Assembly (NCBI GenBank): GCA_002633005.1
Contig: NMRA01000991.1
Span: 1-64,000, forward strand
DNA length: 64,000 bases
Origin: Phoronis australis
Lineage: Eukaryota > Animalia > Phoronida
Direction of reading: 5' to 3'
Every line of letters starts with the position of its first letter. The first letter of the stretch is position 1. A program made the translations under genes and the position numbers. Under the pieces are notes generated by a model that did no database searches, was not told where the DNA came from, and saw only the letters and a program-made list of their open reading frames with translations. Below are positions 1 to 13,214 of the stretch, piece after piece.

Positions 1-632
1 GAGGCTAACTAAGGTCTGCCGCGGCAGTGTGACACAGGACTAACCAGCCCGTAATTTCATGCAAGTGTCTGAAACTGCCCTTGAATATATGCAGCATTTA
101 TCATTTGACCATTTTACTTCGATAAAACAGCTTGCAACCGCATGCATTTACCGTTCGCCAGTGCCTGGTCTCGATCCGCACCGGGTCCGATAGGCTGCGG
201 TCCCGAGTCTAGCAAAATAATTTCTGTCAAAATTTATTCGCCACATTTCTTCAGCAAATTCGATAAAATTGTCCGTAGTTTGATTTTATCAAAATTAAGG
301 CGCGCTGTCGATTTTTTTTATCACCGTTTGCTGGCTGGTAACAGTACAGGCACTGCTCCAGTCCCACTGACGGCGTTTTCTCGGCCTGGGTTCCTGAATG
401 AATTGTACTTCCGGGTTCGCGGCAAGTTCAGAATGGCGGTGTTTCTTCGGGTGCGAATCGTGAGTGGCGCGTTCATTTAAACTGTTTTCGAGTACGGATC
501 GTGTATTATCGGGTGCGAATCGTGAGTGGCGAGTTCGTTTAAACTTTTTTCGAGTACGGATGTATTAGTTATGGGGTAAGTACTTATTGGATCCTTATAA
601 CATCCTCTAATCATGTAATAAGGGTTAACAAC
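1..632 (+). repeat. Dispersed repeat copy, near-identical to 4027-4604
   Basis: GAGGCTAACTAAGGTCTGCCGCGG...CATGTAATAAGGGTTAACAACG occurs at 1-632 and at 4027-4604. This copy also has an internal ~60-bp tandem duplication (CGGGTGCGAATCGTGAGTGGCG... at ~448 and ~510). Confidence 0.9.
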
Positions 633-900
633 GCGTGAGAGAAGGACTTTAAAGAACACTGTGAGCTATGGATTCCCAAATATAGTTGTCTAAACTTGCC
701 ATTTTCTGTGGCCTGAAATTTCTGGGTGCCGTTTGTTAAAAAAGGCCATTTTTGAGGCTCTAAAATTCAAGTAACTCGAGAACCACCGAAACGATTTGAA
801 AAATTGAAAAAGTTGTATAAACGGCATGTCTAAAGCTATCATTTAACACTCTTTTCAAGTGTTTCTGATGAAATTTGTATTTGGGTTTGCTCACCCTTTT

Positions 901-1276
901 TAAGGTGTTACAACTGTCATCGATATTGTCATCTCCTCTGTTTTCATCCAACCTTCCCAGATGAAAACTTGAATGAAGATGACCTTCAGTACTTGAGTGA
1001 GCATGCATGGTATACTGTGTGATTTATGTTGAATTATTCAACGGTTCTTTTAAGAACCATTTCACGCTATACCTACAACCATGAACGGTAATATCTATCT
1101 AAGGTGTTACAACTCTCATCGATATTGTCATCTCCTCTGTTTTCATCCAACCTTCCCAGATGAAAACTTGAATGAAGAGGACCTTCAGTACTTCAGTGAG
1201 CATGGTATACTGTGTGATTTATGTTGAATTATTCAACGGTTCTTTTAAGAACCATTTCACGCTATACCTACAACCA
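901..1276 (+). repeat. Tandem duplication of a ~180-bp unit (period ~199 bp)
   Basis: TAAGGTGTTACAACT...CTATACCTACAACCA at 901-1081 and again at 1100-1276. Confidence 0.9.
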
Positions 1277-2595
1277 ACGGCCCTTTTAAGGGCCACTCAA
1301 CACTTCCCAGAAGAACTGCTCACTTGAGAATGTTGATTTATCAACACGCTTTCGTAGTTTTCTCAGTAGGCCTATGTGAGCCGTAAATCAAAAACTGTCA
1401 GATAACAATGCTGCTATTGGGCAAGCAGACGACATAAAGGGTCGGAACCGAAGTTTGAATTTTGAAATTAATTACCAGTAGCATTGCCAAAAGTACTCAC
1501 AATACCAACACTTCTACTATTGAAAGACTTTGAAAAGCGTTTCTATACCGAAATTATTATAAATTAATGTTTTTTTCGCTGTTTTGGACAGTAAAGTAGA
1601 TGCAGGTATTTCTAGTCAAATTACATTGACCGGAAACTGCAGCAGATAGGTCAGGAGAGTTCAACTCAGCTCGTAAGAATTTGCCGGAGTTGCGAATCTG
1701 TTGTCTATAATCTATGGTGGCGTTAATTATAGCGGACCGAAATTAAAAAACGAGACCTTTGTTTAAATCAGGAGCTGCACGGTACACGTTTTACCAGACG
1801 TGCGCAGGCAGCGCATGTAGGCCCATTGCACTGATCACTTGGAACCACTTTTACGGTTCATTAATATGTAGTTAAACCAAGCTGAGGAGATAGAAACCTG
1901 ATTTACGGCAGTTTGTGACAGTTGCTTTTTCTGAAAAATGCTCGTAAGTTATCAAGAAAGTTTGATAGCAATGCACTGCAGTTTTGTAGAAATTCTGTCA
2001 TAGGTTGCAGATGCGTCACAGAGCGTAAATTTGTTGAAGGCTAGCTTACGATTTCACCTGTTTCGTAGACCGGGTTTCGACCACTTTTGGGCTATAATAA
2101 GCGCCCCTCCCCCCTTCCTGAAGCGGATTTTTCTAAGCGCTCTGGCCGATTATTAAGGCGTTTACGGTAATATTTAATGTCCTTCTCTCAAACTGCCAAT
2201 GTGGTTCCAGTATGCGAAAATATTTACTACATAAAATCTTATTTTCGACACCCTTTCTTTATATTCTTTTCGCCTTTCTTGCCAAAAGCGATTTTTGAAC
2301 AGTATTTGACCCTTCTCTGTAAGCGTATGATTACCGGTTGTCATCGGTTATTTCCGTACCTACATTTCCGGCTCATCAGCTGAGGAACTTGTCCTGAAAG
2401 CCGCCATTTTTTCCTTGTAACTGAATGTGCTATCGCTTGCTCGTAAAGTTTTCATTATTTTGTTTTGTTTGTAATATCTCGTGATTCGTTTGCATATGTA
2501 GTGTATTGATAGTTTGTAGTTAGTGGTCGTTGATGTTTTTTGGAATGTTACGCGTACTTAGTATGTTAAAATAGCATTGGTGTTTAGTTCCTTAC

Positions 2596-3250
2596 GTAGG
2601 CCGGTCGAACCTGGGAACCAATATAGATCGAACCTATTTTTTCGGTTTTATTTTTTTTCTCGTTTTGAAAAAGTACTTAAATATCATCGGAAAGGTAGAC
2701 GCATTCTACTCAGTAAAAATCGAAAAAGTATCAAAATCGGGGCAAGCAGTGTAAAGTTATTGCAAGTTTTGTGGCGAAATTTGGGTCACTTTGTTTGGAT
2801 CGCGTCGGCCATATTGGAGGACAGCGTGATAAGTTACGAGTTTAAAACTTTGTGTAAATTGTTTTCGCCAACAAATTGCGGTGAAATTTAGTTAGACCTA
2901 TCTTTACTTACTATTCTGCACGATTTAACAGTGTTCACCAAAGTTAAGCCTCGCAGTTGTTACTCATTAAGTGATAAATATGCTCACAATTCCCGTCTCA
3001 TTTCTGGCGGCACCGACAACATGGCGTGTTTTGCTGAACTGAAAGGCATGTTCAATCGGCAACTTTGTAATTTTTGAAGAATTATTTTACTGTAAATTTC
3101 CAATTCAGGTGATCTTACACTAAGTTAAAAAATAGTTGAAATAATTTTGAAATGGTTTTTTGCTTGACTGTCAACTGCTGTTCAAGACTTGTCACAAAAT
3201 GATTCATATTTTTCTAAATTTTTAGTCTCAATTGCTTTCAAGTCATCTTT
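2596..3250 (+). mobile_element. Non-autonomous DNA transposon-like repeat; inverted sister copy at ~18990-19658
   Basis: GGCGGCACCGACAACATGGCG...GAACTGAAAGGCATGTTCAA (~3005-3055) is the reverse complement of ~19255-19305. The terminus TAGGCCGGTCGAACC matches GGTTCGACCGCCCTA at ~19644-19658. Confidence 0.7.
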
Positions 3251-3596
3251 TGTAATTTATTGCTTCGGGTTATCAAGTCAACAATATGAATAATCTTAAT
3301 TTGAGAAATAAGTTATGTTGGATTTTAAAGCTTCAAGCTTCTAATTCTTGTTCCTTGCAACTTCATATTTTTTTAAATGATGCTTGTCAAATTCTGGTGT
3401 AAGGAAACACAATTCCATCACCATGGTAATAGTTACATGTATGTCCACTTTCATATCATGGAAACTGTTGCTGTTGAACAGTGTTTGTAATGCTAAATAT
3501 TTTCTAAGTATTGTGCATTTTAAGTTTAAAAGTTTGAATCATTTAAGGTTAATGAATAAAAAATATAACATGTTGTATTGGACTTGTCATACTTAT

Positions 3597-4604
3597 GTGC
3601 TCGAACGAGCCCCCTTTTTGGAGAACTGGAAAAAGGTCTGCCTCAGTCACAGAAGCACGAATTCTGAAAAATGTAGAAAATGAGACAATATTCCACTAGA
3701 AGACAGGAAGTACCAAAATTTAGAGTCTGCAATTCATAGCTCTGAACATACCCACTGAATGTTATAGTAAAAGACAGACATTCCCAAAAATTCCAGCCCC
3801 CCATTCTTTTAGGCTTAGTGGGCTCATACAAAGTCTGGGAAAATCTCTATTGAAAGCCATTAACTTTGCACAGTTAGCCAGAAGTACCAAAGTTCTAAAT
3901 AAACCTCGTTTCAGCGAGCGCTGTGGACACCGACCAGTTAGGCCTAGGGGTAGCCTTGGCGCAAAGCTGTATAAGTCTACTAACAAGCTGTATGTTGAAT
4001 ATAGTCTTCACTGGTAGCTGGTGACTGAGGCTAACTAAGGTCTGCCGCGGCAGTGTGACACAGGACTAACCAGCCCGTAATTTCAAGCAAGTGTCTGAAA
4101 CTACCCTTGAATATATGCAGCATTTATGATTTGACCATTTTACTTCAACAAAACAGCTTGCAACCGCATGCATTTACCGTTCGCCAGTGTCTGGTCTCGA
4201 TCCGCACCAGGTCCGATAGGCTGCGGTCCCGAGTCTCGAGTGGCAAAATAATTTCTGTCAAAAATTTTCCGCCACATTTCTTCAGCAAATTCGACAAAAT
4301 TTTCCGTAGTTTGATTTTATTAAAATTAAGGCGCGCTGTCAATTATTTTATCCCCGTTTGCTGGCTGGCAACAGTACAGGCACTGCTCCAGTCGCACTGA
4401 CGGCGTTTTCTCGGCCTGGGTTCCTGAATGAATTGTACTTCCGGGTTCGCGGCAACTTCAAAATGGCGGTGGTTCTTCGGGTGCGAATCGTGAGTGGCGC
4501 GTTCATTTAAACTTTTTTCGAGTACGGATCGTGTATTAGTTATAGGGTAGGTACTTCTTGGATCCTTATAACATCCTCTAACCATGTAATAAGGGTTAAC
4601 AACG
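3597..4604 (+). mobile_element. Non-autonomous repeat; start CTCGAACGAGCCCCC shared with ~53782, 3' part duplicated at 1-632
   Basis: Direct similarity to 1-632 and to ~53782-53950. Ends at an assembly N (4605). Confidence 0.6.
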
Positions 4605-5596
4605 NTGTTGTTTTAGTCATAAAAGTTCGTTTGAAAGGCTTAAGTTTGGAAATGTTATGACTTAAGGCGGAAATTTGAAAATCACTTGTCCGCTTACAAA
4701 AATTTAACATTGAAGAATAAAAACAACTTTCACACCCCACCGGTGTTCCTGTTCCATGTTTTCAAAGAACTTGGTTGCATATTCATAGACTGCAGTGGAG
4801 AGATTTTTTGCGGCATCTATTCGACATGAAATGATTTTTGACCTGCTGTTGAATTTCGAGATAAATTCTGACTGGTCCAGGTGGTTACTTCTGAAGTATT
4901 AATGTAATCCTTCTTTCTGTTACAGATTTTACCAACGTTCTGTTTATTTGTACACCAATGTGAATTTGTTGAAATTGCTGTTCCAATTCCTGGCCAAATG
5001 TTTGCATTCTACTGCAACCAACCGTCTGATCAGGGTCAGCGAATAGTAATTTGGTTAATTCGCTCATTAGACTATGGCTTCTCGTAAGGACAGGAGTTCA
5101 CGAGTCACTACCTTTGGAAGAAATTAAGCGGACAATTTTCGTCAAAAAATACCAGATAATTTTCACCAAAACCGAAAAAATGGATTTTTGAAGACAGGAT
5201 TTAGTAGTAGACCTACCAGAGCCTCTTAAAAACATCTATCTTCGAAGTGCCTTGAGCAAATGTATAAAGTCTAATTGCTGAAACAACTGCCAATCACGTT
5301 GACACAAGAAGTAAGCTTTTCTTCCCACAGCCGATTATGGGTTTTCGTTTAGTATGGAAGCTAATTCCTTTGCATTTCGCGTGTGTGGCCGAAAAACCGG
5401 CCACACAGTAGCCGGCCATGATTAGCACACGACGTACTTGGCGGCAATTACACCAGACGATTTAGCCATGTGTCGCCAGTGAATAATGACGTAAGAGCTT
5501 GTGCGTAAGATCACAGATTTCGTCCACTGAAAGTATACATGTACGGAGTTGGCGGTCCATGTACTATAGTCTATGATGCTACAAATCTAAACTCAC

Positions 5597-5617
5597 CCTT
5601 TGAGTTTGGCTTTTCCG
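5597..5617 (-). CDS. 21-nt phase 1-1 linker microexon (AEKPNSKG) of Kringle/WSC gene B
   Basis: Minus strand ccaattttcag|CGGAAAAGCCAAACTCAAAGG|gtgagt: consensus acceptor and donor, frame-preserving, phase-compatible with the Kringle exon upstream. Confidence 0.6.
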
Positions 5618-5971
5618 CTGAAAATTGGAAATTGCCTATCACACGCGTTACTGACACAACTCCAACACATCTGAAACATGTTAACCTGGAATTTATTGAC
5701 CATCATTTGTAAATTAATGATATGTTCCTAACGTAGAATATTTATCTACCTGCAGAGCTTGTTCGACTTCGGTTAGCTCGCAGTCAATTGTGTCGTTTGG
5801 CAGTTGCAGCACGTCTTAACTTCAAAAAATTATTAACCGAACAGCGTTAAAGTTTCTTTCTGAGGTTTGATGATGTAAGGATAGTCAAAGTTAGGCACTG
5901 TTTATTTTTACAAGAACCTGTTCTAAACTAAAACTCTGCGTTGACTGTTGAATATATCTAAGTTGCTGTAC

Positions 5972-6292
5972 CTTCACTAGGACAAATAGGAATGTAACAA
6001 TGCGCCTTCGTCCACCTAAATGGACCGTTTGTGTAAGTAATGAAGCACCACGGTCCATTCTCGTCGTTATCGATATTCCTGCAATACGCGGAATTTCTAT
6101 CATGGGACACCATCCATTCGTAGCCTTTAATCGAGTCACGGATGTCCTTAGAAATCTCACTGGACAATGACTTCTTGATATCTTCAATTACATGTGACCA
6201 CCGCATGCATGGTTTCTGGGACAGTGCAGCTACCGATACCCTCCCTCTGTAGATCAGGCCGCGTTGGTCTTCCAAACACGTGAAGTACATGA
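5972..6292 (-). CDS. Kringle-domain exon (phase 1-1, 321 nt), gene B
   Basis: C-LEDQRGLIYRGRVS...PCMRW...AYCRNIDNDENGPWCFI...HCYIPIC: all six kringle Cys and the YRG, CxxW, YCRN, GPWC motifs. Acceptor gtttcag, donor G|gtacag. Confidence 0.93.
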
Positions 6293-6867
6293 CTGAAACA
6301 GCGAATAAGTCAGACGATCAGTTTATTTCTCCCCACAGAACGACTTTATGGAGCCACTTTGCACCAAACACTAGACCACCTACTTTAGCGCGGCACTTCG
6401 TAGAATTATTTCTCCGTCCAACCCGGATAACAGAAAAAGATGTTTTTATATTCTTGGATTGCTCCCTAGCAACACGTTTACTAAAGGCTATTAAATGTCT
6501 TTAGATATAATAAGTTTTCTGACATAGAGTCATAATGAGAACTCTTTAACCAAAATGAAATGAAACCAAATACCGTATTTCTATCCTGCTAAGCTCGTCT
6601 TAAAGGCGAAGGCAACCTTTTTTCATGTCATTTTGAGCTAAAATAAGGTTGGTTGGTTATCCTAGACATATTTTCCACTTAATTACAGTTTTTCGTAATA
6701 TTCTTAATTACTCGTCCGCTACTCCGGAAGTGACGCTTTTGGAGGCAAGCGTTTCGCGCCAATTTCTTTTCATATACTCTGACTGTGAGAGCTGCCAAGT
6801 CAGTCATTGTTCTACCTCGGTTGTGTCAAGTTACGTCGTCGTTTGCTTTCATTTACTAGTCAGTCAA

Positions 6868-7640
6868 CATGCCACACTTGCTGCGTACCGGGGTGTACTA
6901 ATTATCATGTCCCGCGCGCTTTGGGAGTACCTTACCATCGCCGTACTTGGCTCGTTCGTGTGAAGAATGCAGCGTTACCCGTCCACGCAACGTACAAAGC
7001 AGTGGAGAATTACCGTGTGTGTGGCAAGCACTTTCTGCCGTCCGATTACGAAAGGGATTTGTACGCTGAACTGATGAAGGTCCCTGCGAAACAACGCCTG
7101 AAGAAGGATGCCATTCCGTCTGTGTTGATTCCCGACAGTGCCCCGTCGTCACCCCCAAGAAGTGCGATTTTGAAGAGAGAAGCCTCGCGAGCTGTGGCCA
7201 GTACAATGACTGGAGCCAGTGGAGGCACTTCATCCACTGTCACCCGTGCCTCCGAACGTACATGTACCCCAGAGCGTGCCATTCCTGGAACCAGTAGTGA
7301 TTCGCCCTGTGCTGTTTTCTTCTACAGCTCAGAGCCTCTAAGCAGCCCTGCAGCGATATTGAGTAGTGGGAGTGATTACAGGCTCAGTTCGACACCCAGT
7401 GAAGAGGACAGTTCGTAGTTAAGTGAACAGATCGGTGAGCCAAACTTTGATAAGTTTATTGTGGACTTGTCTAAAGTGTTGGAGCTATTTAGAAGGTGCC
7501 AGGTGTGTGGCGAGGAAGTTACACGACACGATGTAAGCAGTTTGGGTGCTGAGGTCACCACCCAGTGGGAGTGTGTCGCGGGACACTGTGGCAAGAGGGA
7601 CAGTTGTTCCTCTGCCCGTGGTATGCCGGAGGTACATTTA
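6868..7640 (+). pseudogene. Truncated THAP-domain Kolobok transposase (N-terminal part only)
   Basis: CCVPGCTNY...W...VCGKHF...RLKKDAIPSV (THAP C2CH plus AVPTIF-like box), then FIVDLSKVLELFRRCQVC...WECVAGH. Frameshift just after the ATG, TAG at 7416-7418, no DDE core. Confidence 0.85.
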
Positions 7641-7945
7641 ACCGTGTCCAGTATTGGCTTGGCCTCGTCGAACTCTGAACAGCAGAAGCATTCCATTGAG
7701 GTAGGCATAACAACCCACACAATGCATTTGCACCAAGATGTGTCACCACGTCTGTCCTCAGTAGCCGCCTCGTTTCTCTCAACAGCTGCCTATGCCTGTG
7801 CGTACTCTGCCTTGTTATACTCGGACTCAAACATGTACCCACCCACTGAATATCCGTGAAAAAAATCCTCGTCACCACTGCTGTGAAATAGGTCTCTGTC
7901 GCTAACACTACGGTCACTGTGATACGGGTCACCAACTCCAGCCAT
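7640..7945 (-). pseudogene. KolX / P2X7-ballast-like Cys-rich protein, N-terminal fragment
   Basis: GGYMFESEY...EDRRGDTSWCKCIVWVVMPTSMECFCCSEF matches the (P/G)YxFEP...R..WCxC..C..M.T..ECxCCxE pattern I associate with Kolobok KolX. Confidence 0.7.
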
Positions 7946-9930
7946 TTTCAGCTTACAGCACATTAAACAATCCCTAAATCCAACGTAGTTGAGTTCTCTA
8001 CTAACCTATCTTGCCGCAGAATACTTGCCCATGGAAAGTGGTGGCTACAATTATTGAAAAACAGCACACAACAAAAGTAGAGTAGAATAGATTCTCACGG
8101 TAAACTCAACGCAAAAACCAAGTAGCGGGAAACGCTTGCCTCTTAAAACGTCACTTCCGGAGTAGAGGACGAGTTCTTAATAAAATTACGAAAAGTTGGA
8201 ATTAAGTGGAAAATATGTCCAGGATAACCAGCCAACCTTATTTTAGCTCAAAATGACATGAAAAAAGTTTGCCTTCGCCTTTAAGTTATATTTTCCGGAT
8301 ATTCGAAGGACTGATACACAGAAGTTAGGCAGCGCGGCTGGCTGTGCCTGCAGCGTTACAAGGCTACGTAATTGCCCTACACAGAAGTATGTGCGAAACT
8401 TAAACGTGATTTGATTCCCAATGTTGAAATTGTATTTTCCTCGCATGGGATCTTTTTTCATTCAAAGTTTTAGGGATACCTTCTATATTGATGCAACGCA
8501 CGGTTATCATCTCAGTGAAAGTTGAATTAAGACTTTGAAAGCCAAAGCTCAACCATGCAACCTCATCAACGTCACGTATCCTGCTGAGGTTATATAAATA
8601 TTATCCTCAAGTCTTAGGCAGACACCAGATTGTCAAGTTGAGTCTCAAGTGCAGTCAGAAGTGTGCACTATAATAAATCTACTAATACAAAATTAAGGAG
8701 GTACTATGCACAATGCACTGTCTAAATCCAATAAAACAAGATTAAATTTCAACTAATAAATCTAATACCATAGTAAAAAGTCGTGCAATAAATGATACAT
8801 TTTGCTAAGTATGTTGAAGTGATATCATTTTTATTACCTACATACATATATTCTTGATTTTTTTGGTGTTCTGTTGAATAAGTGGCGCATCTGGCGTTGT
8901 ATCCACACATGTTTTAATAAACTTTATGATAAACTAGATTGTGTAATGGTCATTCATAGACAAAAAAGAAAGCAACTTTGTTCATCGCAAAACTGTTCTT
9001 CAATTGCATTGAATGGACCAATGACAAAAATATAGTCACAATAAACCCTCTTGGTAGTGTGCCGAGAAAAACCTTAACTGAATCTTTCAAACATCTTACA
9101 TATGTTACTATTGCATACTGTTTAATAACACTGTCGTAACTACAGGCCAAGTGCTGCAATATTGATAAACCAAAATCCTGTTGGCCTTTCATTCACGTGA
9201 AAGGAATTCCACTCTACATTTGTAGGCCTTAAATAGGTCTGTACAAATTACACAGTGAAAACAGACAAGGTTTCAGTATTGGTTTCGTCAGCTGTGAAGT
9301 GACAGAAATTTTCGCGCAGGTCCGCAACCATGATTTTTTCAAGAGGAGGGTTTCGATTTTGCACCATTTTGGACATTGCCTGTGACATTGAACAGTTCTT
9401 GGCCAGTAAACTTCACAAACCGCGGAGCACGTAAGGACTGAATTCCACTCTCGATCATTGCAAGGATGGTTTTGTTTTATCCAAGGCGGGGGGAGGGTCG
9501 TGTTGGCCTTTTCCCCTAACACGCTACACCTCCTTTAGTTGCAAGTATGCTGCGAACACACTTGTTTAAAACAGTGTCCTGGTAAAGATGATTCTAGCGC
9601 TGGGAATTGTTACTTGAAATATGACGCAGTACCGTTTTGTGGTCGCGCTAAAAGATTGGGTTGGCAATTTAGATTGTCCGCAATGCAGTGAAGGCAGAGA
9701 AACTCCCGCCTGGTTCACAGCTCGCTAACAGTGTGCTCGTGCATAGTTCAGGCCCAACTCTCTGTAAGTTCCGGGCACAGGCACGCTTACGCCCACACCA
9801 GTTGTCGCGGTCAATTAACGCCCGACTCAACCGTCTGTCTCCGGTTACGTTCATGCCTAACTTGTTTTCATGTATTTTTATTTCTACGTATACATGTATT
9901 TCTATCTCATTGGTTCTGGTGTCATGGCAA

Positions 9931-10358
9931 TGTAAGGATTCTAGATCGGATCATAACAGCCAATGGTTTGATAAGATCATTTTTGTGCATTATTGCAACT
10001 CAGGCAGAAGTTTGGAAAATAGTCAGAAAGAATTTGGTAGTTGAAGTTAAAGGAATGGCGTCATTGCACTGAGGAAGCAATACCACAGAGCCACGTCGTG
10101 GAAGACTCTCAAGAGGAGATTGGCAAGGGCAAGGGTTAAGGAACACGAAGTTAACTAAGAGCTTGTCTGTTGCATCGTGAATAGTGAGAAACAGCGTACA
10201 CGTGTTGCATAAGGAGGGGCTGTGAGTAACAAGAGGGATTTTGGGTAGTCAGATACTACCTACACGTGTCGTTGCGTTACGAAGGAATGTGGCCAGCACA
10301 GCGTATCATGAGTAAAAAACACTTAAGAGTTGTCGTTGAATCTCGAAGGACTGTGACA
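9931..10358 (+). mobile_element. Solo LTR (428 bp)
   Basis: Starts TGTAAGG, ends CTGTGACA; flanked by GGCAA / AGCAA (5-bp TSD, one mismatch); AGTAAA near the 3' end. Confidence 0.6.
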
Positions 10359-10886
10359 AGCAAATACACGTCGCAGTACAGTATTTGTTAGTTCGGGATT
10401 CACCAACAGGACTGTCACCCAACGAGTGTCTAGCCCTACAGCTTGGAAAACAGATAATGCACTTGATTACTAATGATTTATTGAAATTATTCTCACAGAG
10501 GACGCTAGTATAGTCACTCTTATTCATCGTTAATGTACTTAATTAACAGCATGTTTCACTTCTTTTAATTAGTGGTAACCATACAATAACTTAAATAACA
10601 GATTTCGAACTTTTATTTCCTTTCACGCACAATCAGAAACCAGCACAAAGCAGACATTTGAATCTGAACGAGAAAAAGTCAACCATGTGAGTGGCACATT
10701 GCGTACACCTCGCCGTTAATGTCTTTCGAGAGTATATGTCGGGAGAGCCTTGCTTAATGTAAGTTTATGCACCAAACGGTTCCGGTAACACCATCTGCAC
10801 TGGTCAGAAGGAAATGGTTCAAGTGTTCACAAGCTTATCTTTGGCTCATGGAACTCCGACTACGAATATATTTCACAAAAACCAAC

Positions 10887-11156
10887 CTGGATCTGACTTC
10901 ATAATCCACGCAAATATCACACCACCGCATTGCTCCGATGCGTTTCCAGGACAGGGCAAATTACACAGGCCAGAGTGTAACTGTAATCCAAAGACAGTAG
11001 CTGGGCACCAACAGTTGACCATGCCCCACACCGCAGCAAACGGGTATCCCATTTCACTACACTTCTTCTGGCATTTCGCGCGCGTGTTGTAGTAGTAATT
11101 AAGATACGCATTACGTCCCAAAGCTTCACGAAATCCGGAGAAGCAGTTGGGGAGTT
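10887..11156 (-). CDS. WSC-domain exon (phase 1-1, 270 nt), gene B
   Basis: LPNCF...TRAKCQKKCSEMGYPFAAVWGMVNCWC...CNLPCPGNASEQCGG: full eight-Cys WSC pattern. Acceptor gttgcag, donor G|gttggt. Confidence 0.9.
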
Positions 11157-13044
11157 CTGCAACGAGATGGTTTTGGAGTCAATGAGCTACTATAAAACAT
11201 GTAGTAGCTCTTGAAAATAAACTGACCAGCCTGGTAATTTGACAAAGTTTCGGCCCACAGTACTTTGACTAAAGGTATATTTCTTTACGTTTGGGAACCG
11301 TTTTAATACAGGCCAGAACTACACGCACTGTGTCGAGAGCACAACTTGGTGTACAAGGCTATGCAAAGACTGGCTTATGATAAAAACGTTATTTAATACT
11401 GTAAGTAGTGTGACAGAAGACTCGAATTAAGTGCACACTTGTTTGGCCAAGAAGATTTGACACCGTTTTGTGGAATCTTTCCGAGTCCATCCAGCTGATT
11501 TCTTAAGGTCTGTACAAAATGGCTGAAATAGCGTACTGTTCATATTGGTTGTTTGTAGACTTCTTTGAGCAATAAAGTGTGATTTCTGTTTGATCCTGTC
11601 CTCACATTTGGTGGATAGAATTCCGCTACTGTGTAGCGGTTCATTACTTTAAAAACAAAGGAATAAGTTCGATTGCCAACTCCACCCACTGTTTCATTAG
11701 ATTGAGTTCACTGAATTATTTTAGCTTCTTAACATCGGTTGGGAGTATAGTTATCCCGCTTAATGAGACGCAGACCTTGAATATGCACCTGCGTGATTAA
11801 AATAGAAAATGCATGGAACACGATGTGCTCCATCCCTGGACATTTCTAGAAATTAGACATTTTTAGCCAGTAATTAGTAATACCGTCTGCATATTAGTGA
11901 AAATTGTCGGCATTATGAAAGCAGGAGATGTGTTAATGCTCTATTCAAATACTGATCTGCACGCTGCGCTCAACACCAGTCCACCAATGACTTTTAAAAA
12001 TTAAAAAAAAAATTACCGCTTTCCGGCGGGAGAGTGAAATTCAATATGGGCATCTATTTAGCATATAAGCACTTGATTGACCATAAGAAGTTGACTTTTG
12101 TGAGATTACGATAGCAGCAATCCAAATCAATTTTCAGCGCATTGGAGCTCAATTATCCACAATATAACACTCAAATAACACCGCAGAGAATATCCCAGAT
12201 TCTGTCTCAATCCTCCGTTGTGTGAATCAAGATATGAATCAAAATATTTATTGGTCGCCATGTTGACAAAATGCCAGTTTTAATTTTTTGAAATGTTTAT
12301 GCATCGAGAAGTAAGACTAACAGTGGATACGCCGGTCTCAACTGGAAGAATCATTGGCAAAAATGGCCACTCCGTACTTGTAGAGACTTACTGAACGGTT
12401 GCAGAACATGCCACAAAAGTTTGTCAGTGACGTGTTGAAAAAATACCAAACTGTTCTGCTACTTTTTACTAGACCAGTGCAGCATATGCGATGGCCTTAA
12501 ATATTAACGTGCGCCATTTCACTGTTTTTATGTTCGTATCATTAATCTAATTGTACAAATGAAAATGAAACCCTACGTTGTTTCGAACGTAAGGTAAATG
12601 AGCGCCCCGTTATGTGGTGATGGTCTACATAATTTGTCGCGAATTTCCCATCAAGAAAACGACCGCAGTTGGAAATCCATTAGACAGTGGACTGTGTGGT
12701 GCGGGTCCGGGTCGGCATAACGGCTGTTCAGCAAATCGTTTCCAACGGGCAGGGAAAATCATGATCTGTGTTGATCATCTTGCTTTGTGAGAACTTCACA
12801 TAGACTTTTCAACTAGTCGTTATGTTGAAACAAAAACGTGACCATAATTAAGACAAACGATCAGAAACCAGCAGTTAGGCTCATAACATGTAGTGTGGGG
12901 AGTGTTCGAACTTTATGTCAGTGAAACCAAACAGAGTATCAAACCGTTTTTCCAATATCGAATATCCATTTACGCTGAGGACTGTTATTCCACAGTGTAA
13001 AAATATTGTTCTTGTGGTTTGGTAGTTATTGTTCAGTTTCTCAC

Positions 13045-13139
13045 CTGATAGTTCCGACTTCTTTCGAATAAGTATCTGAAACACCGTATAGGTGATTACA
13101 TCTTGTAAAGAGCTACTGAACATTACATGCGTACTGTAC
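13045..13139 (-). CDS. Gene B exon, end of CUB-like region (W-YSTHVMFSSSLQDVITYTVFQILIRKKSELS), phase 2-1
   Basis: Acceptor ttttctccaaag, donor gtgaga. Phases join exon 14325-14429 to the WSC exon in frame. Confidence 0.65.
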
Positions 13140-13214
13140 CTTTGGAGAAAACGACAAAGTGGGTCGCTTTAGAACATGTTATTTCACCAACTAATGAAAT
13201 GACTCTGATGAGCA

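Larger units (their letters stand above)
6604..8280 (+). mobile_element. Kolobok-type DNA transposon, internally deleted non-autonomous copy 1 (1677 bp)
   Basis: TTAA on both sides (6600-6603, 8281-8284); ~155-bp TIRs AGGCGAAGGCAACC.../...GCCTTCGCCT; carries THAP plus CxxC...CxxGH transposase N-terminus on + and a Cys-rich KolX-like N-terminus on -. Confidence 0.88.

Noticed and set aside
142-480. 112-aa ORF and the similar ORF at 4107-4400
   Set aside because: Both lie in a repeat, and the two copies differ by frameshifting indels, so the frame is not conserved.
4885-5111. Possible terminal exon of gene B (GSDS*) or the 60-aa ORF 4885-5067
   Set aside because: The acceptor is plausible but gives only four codons; no domain motif, so it cannot be told from chance.
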